A stretch of DNA of 64,000 bases from NCBI GenBank assembly GCA_965235115.1, contig OZ249449.1, positions 7,502,001-7,566,000 of the forward strand, written 5' to 3'. Of the stretch, positions 51,301 through 62,447 are shown piece by piece; positions within the stretch are counted from its first letter, which is position 1; each line of letters opens with the position of its first letter. This stretch comes from Laetmonice hystrix. Taxonomy: Eukaryota. The translations under genes were made by a program, and so were the position numbers. A model generated the notes under the pieces. The model was not told the DNA's origin. It worked only from the letters and a program-made list of their open reading frames with translations, and did no database searches.

Positions 51301-51477
51301 ATAACATAATTTGTAATAAGAAAGTATTTGACTGGTGTTTTACAATTTCTGCTAGTTACCTTAATTCATGGTTACAGAAAGAGCTCTACGAGGACAACCC
51401 CCAAAACTCGCCCAGCTGGTCCAATCCGGCTGGAACTGGATGCCAATAATGATATCTGGGTAAAGCAGTATGTGTGA
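36374..51477 (+). CDS. CEP164: Centrosomal protein of 164 kDa (N-terminal WW domain, coiled coil), ~1390 aa, ~33 coding exons
   Basis: N-terminus [89 protein letters not shown] matches the CEP164 WW region; C-terminal [22 protein letters not shown] and [16 protein letters not shown] also match. Exons: 36374-36443, 36613-36724, 36964-37088, 37220-37299, 37825-37905, 38858-39046, 40005-40139, 40322-40393, 40522-40602, 40806-40877, 41204-41403, 41600-41842, 43213-43344, 43688-43805, 43946-44122, 44288-44407, 44545-44667, 44824-44967, 45601-45684, 45820-45888, 46025-46218, 46334-46539, 46948-47027, 47293-47387, 47758-47908, 48060-48224, 48578-48734, 49091-49279, 49448-49547, 49813-49898, 50216-50282, 50843-~50970, ~51356-51477. 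The last junction is uncertain. Confidence 0.93.
39395..39408 (-). promoter_or_regulatory. RFX X-box in CEP164 intron 6
   Basis: GTTGCTATGGTTAC; its reverse complement GTAACCATAGCAAC fits GTHNYY-AT-RRNAAC exactly. Confidence 0.6.
41413..41426 (+). promoter_or_regulatory. RFX X-box in CEP164 intron 11
   Basis: GTTCCCATGGTAAC, exact consensus match. Confidence 0.5.
41930..42560. repeat. AT-rich satellite with ~20/60/~178-bp hierarchy in CEP164 intron 12 (related tracts at 43035-43160, 43450-43625)
   Basis: TTTTGTATTAAATAC subunits; TGGTA(CATG)TATATAAAAACGTG recurs at ~42161, ~42340, ~42516. Confidence 0.85.
46602..46765. mobile_element. Palindromic ~155-bp MITE (AAAAATTCTCAACTTGAGTAAAGC family), CAG TSD
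   Basis: Arms mirror around CTTATTCGCTGG..CCAGCCAATCAG; CAG on both flanks; other copies at 21371-21482, 47048-47199, 49620-49718. Confidence 0.75.
47048..47199. mobile_element. Palindromic MITE, same family, CTG TSD
   Basis: GTCCAAGTTTTTCAAAAATTCTCAACTTG...CAAGTTGAGAATTTTTGAAAAACC with central CTGATTGGCTGG/CCAGCCAATCAG; CTG at 47045-47047 and 47200-47202. Confidence 0.8.
47446..47700. repeat. Dispersed repeat with internal 45-bp minisatellite, copy 1
   Basis: GTCCATTTTTCAGGTAAAG followed by (AATTGTGTTTGATTTTAAGTCCCAGCCAATGAACATCTATGTTAC)n. Confidence 0.85.
49620..49718. mobile_element. Partial copy of the palindromic MITE family
   Basis: CTGATTGGCTGGCCTAAGCAGACCAGCC...ACTCAAGTTGAGAATTTTCGAAAAAC. 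Confidence 0.65.
50430..50775. repeat. Dispersed repeat with internal 45-bp minisatellite, copy 2
   Basis: Same leader and unit; shares flanks GATTACATGAAG and GTCCAA..AGAAG(T/C)TGAGTAACACATG with copy 3. Confidence 0.85.
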
Positions 51478-52039
51478 CCATAGATCATTCTATCGTGTTG
51501 GTCTGTACTAAAGCCAGGGAGAAAATCCTTAAAACAGGATGGGGGAGGGGGAAAGGAGTTTTTATGTGGTGTCCTTTGGGGTCCTTGAGTTACTGGACAC
51601 TTGCTGATTGAGTTTTAGTCACTGAGAAAACATGAAAACTGGGTCAATTCTTGACCTATATTGTGTTGTTTTTCACCATGGAACAATGTAGGTCAAAGAT
51701 GTGAATGGCCCGGTTTTTCTGTAGCTGATGACATCCTGATGATCCGTCCACTGAGAGGGCCAGTGGTGCTCCCTCTTGTATAGTAAGAGAAGTCAGTAGT
51801 GGCGACTTGTGCCAAAACACCTCCTAGCAGAGGTTGGGGTAGTCGAAAAGGTTTGTCACAACAAATGGGTTAATGTCACCTGCTATCACAATCACAGTAT
51901 TACCAGTACGAGAAGAAAAGGTAAGTTTTTAAATGATAGTAATGCATCATAATGTGTACATCTATAATAATCATCAGATTATTATCCTCCTATATTATTA
52001 TTTATACAAGTCAAAGTATTTTTAGTATGTTTTCATAAT

Positions 52040-52340
52040 ATGAAAATCTATCAAAATCAGATAATTTTGATTACATGAAGTGACAGTCCCGTCCACTTTC
52101 GAAGTAAACTTGTGTTTAATTTCAAGTCACCGCCAATGAATATCTATGTTGCAATTGTGTTTGATTTTAGGTCCCAGCCAATGGACATCTATGTTACAAT
52201 TGTGTTTTATTTTAAGTCCCAGCCAATGGACATCTATGTTACAATTGTGTTTGATTTTAAGTCCTAGCCAATGAATATCTAGTTTACAGTCATGTTTGAT
52301 TTCAAGTCCCGTCCAATGAGAAGCTGAGTAACACATGTAT
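52040..52340. repeat. Dispersed repeat with internal 45-bp minisatellite, copy 3 (CEP164 3' region)
   Basis: Same unit (the 15-aa period of ORF 52127-52336 reflects it). Confidence 0.85.
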
Positions 52341-54031
52341 ATGTAGATGTTCTGTGATATATGTTTAGCAAACTTACACGGTATGGTTAAACGTTCCGTT
52401 TGTTAAACAGCAGAAAGATGTTTTTAAACGATTTGTGAAAGAGTATGGTAAAATGATTGTCACATCCTAGATGTTTGCGTTGTCTCTGTCGGCTTGTGAA
52501 TCATTATGAATGGGATTGTATGTTTTCATGTTTGTTACCGTATTTCATTATCAGGATTATGCAGTAGTACTTTTGCGTTTTGCATTGTTTCAGTTTGTGT
52601 AGAATGAAACAAAGTGTAAATATCAGAATGTGAAATATAAGGTAATAAAAGACGAAAGTCTAAAAAACGATATTAGTCGCATTGTTCCTCACATTGGCAT
52701 TTCTTCATTCTAATCAATAAGCAATTTATACTCAGTGTCCACTTATTCCAACGAGTGTTTGTTTTAGGCCTACTGTGGCCAGCACGAGTCTGTGGTGTTC
52801 AGCTGGAGAAAGCGATAGGAACACCTAAAGGCATTGTCTTCTGTTGGTTTGTAAGACATCGATTAAAGAATATGGCGTTTTATAAAAAAAAGAAGAAGAA
52901 GCTAGGTGATGCTTTCTTTAATAGAAGTTATAGGGCTGAAACGATCACTCGTGCAATGATACGATACGTATCACGATGGATTATGGCAGCACGCCAATTG
53001 GAGGAAGGATTGACAGAGATATATTAAAGAATAACCTTACGAGTAGAATCATGTAAGGCCAGAAATTGAGAAAGGAAAGTAGGGGATGGATGAAGGAAGA
53101 AAGGGTCGGATTGTTGCTCTCCATTGTGCCTGCCGGAATCCACGGCCATAATGGAACTGCTCACATCTAGGCTGAGGATACTTTTATCTTATAACTTGGC
53201 AGTATTGGATGGAGAGAGCAGATCTTCCGTTCTTCAGATTTGGAATGAATTTTTTCTAAACAAATAAACGCGAATACAAAGATATGACATCCACGTATAC
53301 ATGCAGTGGGGTGACATGTCTAGAAATAATGGGCTGAACAACCTAACACTGTGGGATGAGGGATTTACTGAAGGAAAGTAAACAAAATCTTCTAAGTAAA
53401 ACTTTCTAACTTTGATGGGCTGACTGAGGGAAATTCTCGTCAGACATTTTAGGGAAGGACTTCAATTTGTAAGAGATGATTCCCATGATTGAGAGCCGAA
53501 CGGTAGTACAAAGATGTTTTATTTAAAGAGTGTAAGTTTGTTATACATGTATTTAGTCTGATAGAAAAGCGCTCCTATGTGAAACCTTAAATATGATTGT
53601 CCTGTCTCTTTCATGAATTTTTTGTCCATGGAACTTTTATGAAAAAGAAATTGTTGCTGAACCTCTTGATGTGAATGCTCCCAAAGATTATGTCATGTGT
53701 TCGCAAGCTTGTTAGCGTCAATAGTACAATACTCCCTGCAGTGAGATTACGATCACCCTGATAATCACATTGTACAAGTTGTTCATTTTATTTACACCTC
53801 CTTTGTCAGAATATAAATTCATCGTCTGTGTTGTGACATAGACCCTCTATCCATAATTAAAAAAAATGTTTCACTATTCCAGGTCATAAATCTAGCCATA
53901 ACCCTTACTCCTATTCCCAGGCCTCCATAAAAAAACCTGCCTTTTTCCCATTTGTTACTATGGGAATGACCATAACGCTGCCTTGTTACCATGCGTTACC
54001 ATAGGAAAGACCCACAAGGATAGAGTCATGA

Positions 54032-57000
54032 TTAGACATGCCTGGACTTGACCAGTAAAGGTGTGTTCGCTGGTATATTACCAACTGATATCTTAAATCT
54101 GCTGATCTTAAAGTCTTCCTCTGAGGGCACATGGAATCCTACCCGACTGACGAGATTTACGGCAAAGCCCAGCAGTGCCACCTTTGCCACTGCCTCTCCA
54201 ACGCACTGCCGCCTACCGAGCGAAAAGGGAATGAAAGCCGCTGGCCGACGAACGAGGTGACCTTCTGGGTCAAGGAAACGCTCCGGTCGAAACTCTTCCG
54301 GGTCATCCCAGTAGTCAGGACTGTGGTGTAACGCCCAGATATTAAGTAAAACCATGGTACCTTTCCGGACGTCATATCCACCTGTAGATAAATTATCTCT
54401 TATTCCAAATATGGCAGAACACAAATTAAAGTACATGTATGTCTAACCCTGGTTTAAGGACCTTTTGCGGAACTTTTGTTCCCTAATTAAAGAACTCCGA
54501 AGAATAGCCTACTTTCTGTATTTCGTAGCTATACGAATTACAATCTCATAGGCTGGAATTACTGAACTTTAAGTAACAGTGACAGTAACACCTTTAATTG
54601 GAACCTTTTGGGTAAGAAGCTCAAGCAGTTGCTATAGGATATACGGCAAAATAGTCCACTCCGACAGAGTTTCTTCCTCTTCACTAAAGACATGCGCGTG
54701 AGTGATTTGTTATATTCATACGCGTGTGCGTGTCGACTTACCAACCCTAGTGTCACAGCTGGTCGCCAGGGGGACACCGAGAGGTGCCATCGTTTCTAAC
54801 CTCATGACCTCACAGATGACCGCTTCAGTGTACTGGAGGAAGGGCCTCATGTCATTGAGTGAAGTCGCCTTGGCTGGCAACAATAAACAGAGACAATTCC
54901 AACAGTATTAGTTTTTGGGGGTCAAATTACCGACCTGGGGCCGGTTTTACTAAAGGTCCTTATTTAAGGACGTCACTAATTTAACATAGAAGTGAATGGG
55001 TTGCTAGGTCGAAAATAACGACCTAGCAACCATTCACTTCTATGTTAAATAACGGCCTAGCAACCCATTCACTTCTATGTTAAATTAGCGCGTCCTTAAA
55101 TAGGGACCTTTAGTAAAACCGGCCCCTGGGGACAATTAGACGAGGGCCTCTTAATGGGCATGCTGGGTCGATGAATCGATGAATTTGATTGGCTATTTCA
55201 ACCAACAAGTAAGAGAGAAGCTTACTTAGTGCCGTGTCGATTTCGTTCTGCATCTTTCGTTGAATGTTGGGATACTTGGCCATCATGATCGCCAACCATT
55301 GTACAGTGGTCGTCATGGTGTCAATACCAGCTGTAGTGTATAATATAGGTCACATTCATGATGACGTCAGCGAGGTTAAGAATATTTGGTGACATAAGAC
55401 CAATTATGATTCCCGGAATAAAATATAGGTCCCTTTTACTGTATAGGCCCCAGAATTCCTCCGATACTGACCCTTGAACTCCATATGCAGTGACACCATC
55501 CTAAAATTTCAGGTTCAAGCTGTAGCATTAGGGAAGCCCCCACTTAGACGGTGGCACCGCCTGTCGCTACGGTTTCCCCATTGGAGATGATCATTTTAAG
55601 GGCCATTTGCCTCCCCCCTGCAGGCACATTAGATTTATCTAAAGATGCCGAGCCCCACCCCTCTCTACCAAAACGTCCCTCCTGTAGCCCATTCACTTAC
55701 CACCAAAGATATTACTAATTGTGTTGACGAAGTGTTGTTCCGTGAGGCGATGTTTGCCGAGTCCCGTCTCGGCCTCAGCCTCAGCCTCAGCCTGGAGCAG
55801 TAGGACGTAGTCAGTCAGGTCACGTGGCTCGCCATCTACAACGGCGCCACCTAGTGTCAGCTTATACAAGTCGTTGGCTCGTATACATACATCATAACAT
55901 ATAGCTTCTTTAGTTTCTTTAGTGAAAGAAAGAGACCAGCCCTCACCCCATCTGTCGCCTTTTATGAACAACCAGGATTGAGTTGAGGATCATTCTTACC
56001 CCTATCCCGAAGGATGGAATTGAGGAATGCCTACCTGTGGACAACGTACTTCTGTGTTGCATGATTTCATCATGTATGAACTCTTTGAATGATTTCATAA
56101 ATTTCTCCATACGCCTCATGCCTGGCCAGAAAAATGGCACGTATGCCAGCCACGGGAGGAAATCTACAGGGCTCCCGCTTCCGAAGGTCTCTGTGAACTC
56201 TTTCATTGTTGTGTGAATCTTTTGAAACTCTACGTCATCAAGTTTGTATCTGTCGAAGTCACAACAAATATAAATGGTTAAGATATTGTGAAACGGATAA
56301 CGAAGTTGTTCTTTTTCGAAAACGGAACCCTAATGATTGTGTTCGACTGTTTCATTCAGATACGACAATATTTAAGAAGTCATACGTTTTAAACCACACC
56401 AGAATGGTAGAGTATTACGTCTTTTTGAGCAAGTTGCTGGAAAACCATTGACTCCCAAAACTAAACAACTGGCCAAAACCTAAACAGCTGGCCTCATACC
56501 TAGACATCTTGCCAGATACTTACTCCTTCCCGAAACAGATCCCTGCGACAAAGTTGAACGTCATCAGAAGCATGGTTGCCCGTAGATCGAAGGGGCCATC
56601 TTGAGCTAGCCTAAGCATTTCACCCGTTGCCATGGTTGTGGCGTTCTCTATTATTCTCTGCAGCTTTTCACCAGAAGCATACTTCCTGAGAAATCAAGGA
56701 AGGGATGGTCAAAAAGAAGAAGTTTAGCGGAGATTTATCACAGACTTAGTGGAGATTTATCAAAAGCAGAAGCAGAAGAAGAAATTGTTTCCAGTAATTG
56801 TGACAAGACGACGCGGTACCAGAACTTGTGAAAAAAAGACTTATTAAAAGCGATTTCCCTCATCTCTACACTACCATGGCCCACAAGGGACATGCTGTGT
56901 ATTTTGTTATTTGCTATCCCTCGAGTTACCAATAATGGCACATGATAATTACTCATCCAATTCGCGTAATTTTTCTGACATTCTTCAAACAAAATATTTA

Positions 57001-60000
57001 GTGGTACCCTTTTGTCTGTTGAAATGCATTATTTTCCTGCCCATGTCAAACAAAGACTCTCTACAAGACCAATAGATGGCTATGTTTAATAAGGTCTAAC
57101 CTCATGGCTTGATGCACAATCTGCCTGTGATACTTCCACTCCGGCCCGTACTGGCCAAACAGGATGTCTTTTCCATTATCCGACAGAAAATTCCCTGAAA
57201 TACGAGGTGGAGCTCTTGAAGAAGTATATGCCAGATAGTTCCAGTCCTAAACTGGTTATGTTGGCTGCACAGAAATGTGTATTGTTGATCCATAAAATAT
57301 GCCTTTTGATAACGATTTGTGCAAACCAGGACGGTTTGGGAGTGATGGGATCATGATAGTGGTTTGTGGGACGGTTTGGGAGTGATGGCATCATGATGGG
57401 TTGTGGGACGGTTTGGGAGCGATGGCATCATGATGGCGGTTTGTGTGACGGTTTGGGAGTGATGGCATCATGATGGTGGTTTGTGTGACGGTTTGGGAGT
57501 GGCGGGATCATGATGGGTTGTGTGACGGTTTGGGAGTGATGGCATCATGATGATGGGTCGTGTGACGGTTTGAGAGTGATGGCATCATGATGGTGGTTTG
57601 TGTGACGGTTTGGGAGTGATGGCATCATGATGGTGGTTTGTGTGACGGTTTGGGAGTGATGGCATCATGATGGTGGTTTGTGGGACGGTTTGGGAGTGAT
57701 GGCATCATGATGGTGGTTTGTGGGACGGTTTGGGAGTGATGGCATCATGATGGTGGTTTGTGTGACGGTTTGGGAGTGACGGGATCATGATGGGTTGTGT
57801 GACGGTTTGGGAGTGATGGCATCATGATGGTGGTTTGTGTGACGGTTTGGGAGTGATGGCATCATGATGGTGGTTTGTGGGACGGTTTAGGAGTGATGGC
57901 ATCATGATGGTGGTTTGCGGGACGGTTTGGGAGTGATGGGATCATGATGGTGGTTTGTGGGACGGTTTGGAAGTGATGGGATCATGATGGTGGTTTGTGG
58001 GACGGTTTGGGAGTGATGGCATCATGATGGTGGTTTGTGGGACGGTTTGGGAGTGATGGCATCATGATGGTGGTTTGTGGGACGGTTTGTGAGTGATGGC
58101 ATCATGAAGGGTTGTGTGACGGTTTGGGAGCGATGGCATCATGATGGTGGTTTGTGGGACGGTTTGGGAGTGACGGGATCATGATGGTGGTTTGTGGGAC
58201 GGTTTGGGAGTGATGGCATCATGATGGTGGTTTGTGGGACGGTTTGGGAGTGATGGCATCATGATGGTGGTTTGTGGGATGGTTTGGGAGTGATGGCATC
58301 ATGATGGGTTGTGTGACGGTTTGGGAGTGATGGCATCATGATGGTGGTTTGTGTGACGGTTTGGTAGTGATGGCATCATGATGGTGGTTTGTGGGACGGT
58401 TTGGGAGTGATGGCATCATGAAGGGTTGTGTGACGGTTTGGGAGTGATGGCATCATGATGGTGGTTTGTGTGACGGTTTGGGAGTGATGGGATCATGATG
58501 GTGGTTTGTGTGACGGTTTGGGAGTGATGGCATCATGATGGTGGTTTGTGTGACGGTTTGGGAGTGATGGCATCATGATGGTGGTTTGTGTGACGGTTTG
58601 GGAGTGATGGCATCATGATGGTGGTTTGTGTGACGGTTTGGGAGTGATGGCATCATGATGGTGGTTTGTGGGACGGTTTGGGAGTGATGGCATCATAAAG
58701 GGTTGTGGGACGGTTTGGGAGTGATGGCATCATGGTGGTTTGTGGGACGGTTTGGGAGTGATGGCATCATGATGGTGGTTTGTGGGACGGTTTGGGAGTG
58801 ATGGCATCATGATGGTGGTTTGTGGGACGGTTTGGGAGTGATGGCATCATGATGGTGGTTTGTGGGACGGTATGGGAGTGATGGCATCATAAAGGGTTGT
58901 GGGACGGTATGGGAGTGATGGCATGATGATGATGGGTCTTGTGACGGTTTGAGTGACGGGATCATGATGGTGGTTTGTGGGACGGTTTGGGAGTGATGGC
59001 ATCATGATGGTGGTTTGTGGGACGGTTGGGGGGGGGGGGGCATCATGATGGTGGTTTGTGGGACGGTTTGGGAGTGATGGCACCATGATGGTGGTTTGTG
59101 GGACGGTTTGGGAGTGATGGCATCATGGTGGTTTGTGGGACGGTTTGGGAGTGATGGCATCATGATGATGGGTCTTGTGACGGTTTGAGTGACGGGATCA
59201 TGATGGTGGTTTGTGGGACGGTTTGGGAGTGATGGCATCATGATGGTGGTTTGTGGGACGGTTTGGGAGTGATGGCATCATGATGGTGGTTTGTGGGACG
59301 GTTTGGGAGTGATGGCATCATGATGGTGGTTTGTGGGTCGGTTTGGGAGTGATGGCATCATGATGATGGTTGGCGGGATGGTTTCGGTATGTACCTGTGT
59401 ATATTTCTGGTCTGTTAGCGAAGTCGTTAGGGCGCTCTGTCGTCGCTTCCCGTATCACATCGAGGTTATTGAGTACGACAATCTCTCTCCCAACTGAGTA
59501 GAATAAGACAACGATTACTCCACCAGCCATTTAAAAGAAAGGCTAAACACGATTACGTATATTGAAAAATACTTTTACCTCTTATTTGACTACATGTATC
59601 TGGTTGTTGGCCAACATATAAGAGATTCTTTTAAAACTTATTGTGTACAAATTCGGTTTTGTTCAACTTTGTCTCATAAATGACTCCTTTATATGACGCT
59701 TAATATTTGCCCTTTTGCTATATTATTCTGCTCATAATATGCATTTGAAATATGAAATAAAATAAATTTCTTAACATTTCTACTTTAGTTGGGTTCGCAA
59801 AGGAGATTTCTAGATTCCTAACAGCTTACATTACCAATATTAACTGACCGACAGTAGAGATTGTATATTATCGTACTCAGCGAACTCCTACTCACGTATT
59901 TTGATCATAAAGACAGGTCCATACCGATGTTTATACATATCGTAGAAATTTGCCGGTGCCAACTTCTCACTCCGTGACAATTCTGTTGGTCAAAAGAAAA

Positions 60001-60533
60001 TAGTCCGAGACCCTTTTATTTGGTCCCAAAAATGGTACTTTTGGGACCAAATAAGAGGATGCTCCGTTTCCCTCTATAGCTTAGAAATACGATTAGACTC
60101 GAAAAAAGAAATGGTTCATATTGCCCTGAATACAAGTTATGGCTGAAATACTGCTGGCAGGGCATGAAACGTCCAGTTCTCTCACTCAAACTCGGCAACG
60201 GTTAAGTTCAGTCTCTATCGTCATTGCTAAAGGAACTTCGTATCGAGGACAGTCGTAGTTTACCATTGAGATTCTTCTTTTTATAAATCATCATACTGTG
60301 AATAGAAAACAAAAAAATAACTCCTTACCGATGGCATTGCCAATGAGAGGCCACTGCCACGGGCCTGGAGGTAGGTTGTATGTCTTCTTCTGGCGGCTCA
60401 GGTAATATATAAGGATGACCCCGGCCACCCCAGCCCCGGACAGGTACCCGGGGTGTAGACCGTGCTGGGATAGCCATTTGACGATGACGTCACAGGACTG
60501 AAATATATGGGAAGACAAATCAGGTGAGAACAT
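54032..60533 (-). CDS. Cytochrome P450, clan 2 (CYP17A1/CYP1-like), ~527 aa, 10 coding exons; start codon uncertain
   Basis: Exons (minus): 60533/60497-60329, 59982-59896, 59493-59395, 57194-57101, 56685-56524, 56249-56035, 55835-55701, 55330-55226, 54873-54742, 54381-54032, all in phase. Motifs: PPGPWQWPLIGN, I-helix FGAGIDT, K-helix EVMR, PERF, heme loop FSLGRRQCVG. Confidence 0.93.
54938..55125. mobile_element. GGGCC-terminal MITE with CTG TSD in a CYP intron
   Basis: GGGCCGGTTTTACTAAAGG...CCTTTAGTAAAACCGGCCC; CTG at 54935-54937 and 55126-55128; internal ~33-bp duplication. Confidence 0.8.
57328..59385. repeat. 40-bp G-rich minisatellite (~50 units) filling most of a CYP intron
   Basis: GTG(G/T)GACGGTTTGGGAGTGATGGCATCATGATGGTGGTTT with 37-bp deletion variants. 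Confidence 0.97.
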
Positions 60534-60979
60534 TAGGTCAACAAAATGTTTTGGTTATTAAAGTTTAAGGAACGTCCGTACTTACAGTCTTTAGGCAATC
60601 GAGAGACATTTTTAGATATAGATCTATCCTGATGTCCGTGAAGGTCGCGGGAGGGCTGGAAATATCAATTAATAATTGTTATCATTTCTATATATTTTAC
60701 GTGTTGGTTAAAAAGAGAGATTCTGATTTGAGTAAGTCTTCAGCAGAAGAAGGCATACTCCAACCAAACACACATTTAACATTATAATTAATGGCTAGTT
60801 AAAGCTTTACCATGCGATCCTAAAAAAATGTTTCGAAAGAAATTGCCAGACATTATTGGCCAACAAAAGGAACGTGCCCGTATCTCATGCATATGCTAAC
60901 CTACCCACCGCTGGACGCTGTGAATGTTCTCTATGCGCGTCAAAAAAAAACAAAAAAAAACAAAAACAACAACAACACT

Positions 60980-61170
60980 TGCCGCCCCACCGCCGTGACG
61001 CGCGTCAAAACTGAGAATGCCTCTGGGAACGTTTTTGACGCTCTGCCGCGCGTCGAAAACTCTGACGAACCAATCAAAGGCCATTTCCCGGACAAATGTT
61101 GACGCCCGACATATGCACTTGTACGCTGCTTCTGATTGGTTGTTTCTAGGTCATATCCGGAAGCGAAACA
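60980..61170 (-). promoter_or_regulatory. CpG-rich promoter-like region upstream of the CYP gene
   Basis: TGACGCGCGTCA, CCAATCA ~61070, GATTGG ~61134, CCGGAAG ~61158; minus-strand donor TGG|GTAGGT at 60904. Confidence 0.45.
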
Positions 61171-62447
61171 GGCCATTTCCCCGGGATTTGCACAAAGTCG
61201 TGTAAAGCGGCATTGCGGATGTAGAGATGAGCAGTAAATAGTCGAATTTCCCCCTACACACAGTCACATAGGCCTAGTTCAAATCTAATTTCTCAACATA
61301 GCCTACCTAGCTATCCTTCTCGAATCTTCTACCGTAGAGGCAAAACAGTCTCTTCTTCACCTGCGGGCAAACCAGCTATTCTAACTCTGTAAAGTCCGAC
61401 ACATGTTAATGACCTAAGTGGGGAGAGTTTCAGTTTGCTGTTGTGTACATCCGGGCCACTGATCCCGACCTAGCCACCCCCCCCCCCCCAACCCCTAACA
61501 TGGCGATCTTCGTCGTAGGCCTACAGCCGAGACATCAGTGTGTATCCAGACCTTTTTCTGTTCCCCTCCCACAAGTGAAATGTCCCGTCATCCGGACACA
61601 TGAGTGACACTGATGGTATCAAAAAATAGGTCACTGTCCCCATTATCGTACCACCCAACTGTAGGCTGACTGTCCGTGCCTTCTCTGTGAGATAACGTTA
61701 TAGGCCCAGGTTAATAGCTTGTAAAGGAGACTTACCCGTCTGAGCTAGGCTGGGGTTTGCTAAAACTTACCAGTCCTACCTGGGCCACTTCTATGGCAGA
61801 GAGCCTGATTCCGAACGTCTGACTTTGCCTTTGGCCTCTAAAGTTTCCGTCAGCCTTGCTATTTATAGGTATATTGTGGTTTACTGAATGGAAACCTTGT
61901 GATATACTTCGTCTCGGTCGACGTCACCGCTATATTAGGTCGGCCTTCTGTATATAGCCTACACAGCCAATGCACTGATAGCAAAGTCCACCGGCCTTTT
62001 TTACTCTTATACAGTATTATGCTTATCATAGATCTATAGACCGACAGGACAACACGTAGGAATTTTCGGAGGTGGGTGGTCTTCGAATCCAGTGCATGGT
62101 CTTCACGACAGACCAGACAATAACATGCACTTAGGGGCGGATCGGGGGGGGGGGGGTCAAGAAGGTCTGTACCCCTCTTTTGGTCAGGAAATAGTTTTTT
62201 TTGGCGTTCTAAATTCAAACATTTTCTGGGGGGGGGGGGGACCCCAGACCCCCTGCGCATATAGGCTAGCCCTAAGTGCTTTCAGAAACTTCACAATTTC
62301 TGTCTCCAATTGCAAGGAAATGGCGGTTTTTTTACTTTTAAAATTCAAATAGGCCTACATGTATCTTCTACCCCCCCCCCCCGGCATGAGACATGACATT
62401 AGGTCATAACATATTGCCCGCGAGCGCCAAGAGACAAGTAAGTGCCC

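Noticed and set aside
57176-59241. His/Pro-rich ORFs (MPSLPNRPTNHHHD...) suggesting a metal-binding repeat protein
   Set aside because: They are translations of the 40-bp intronic minisatellite; the unit is not a multiple of 3, so frames shift and stop.
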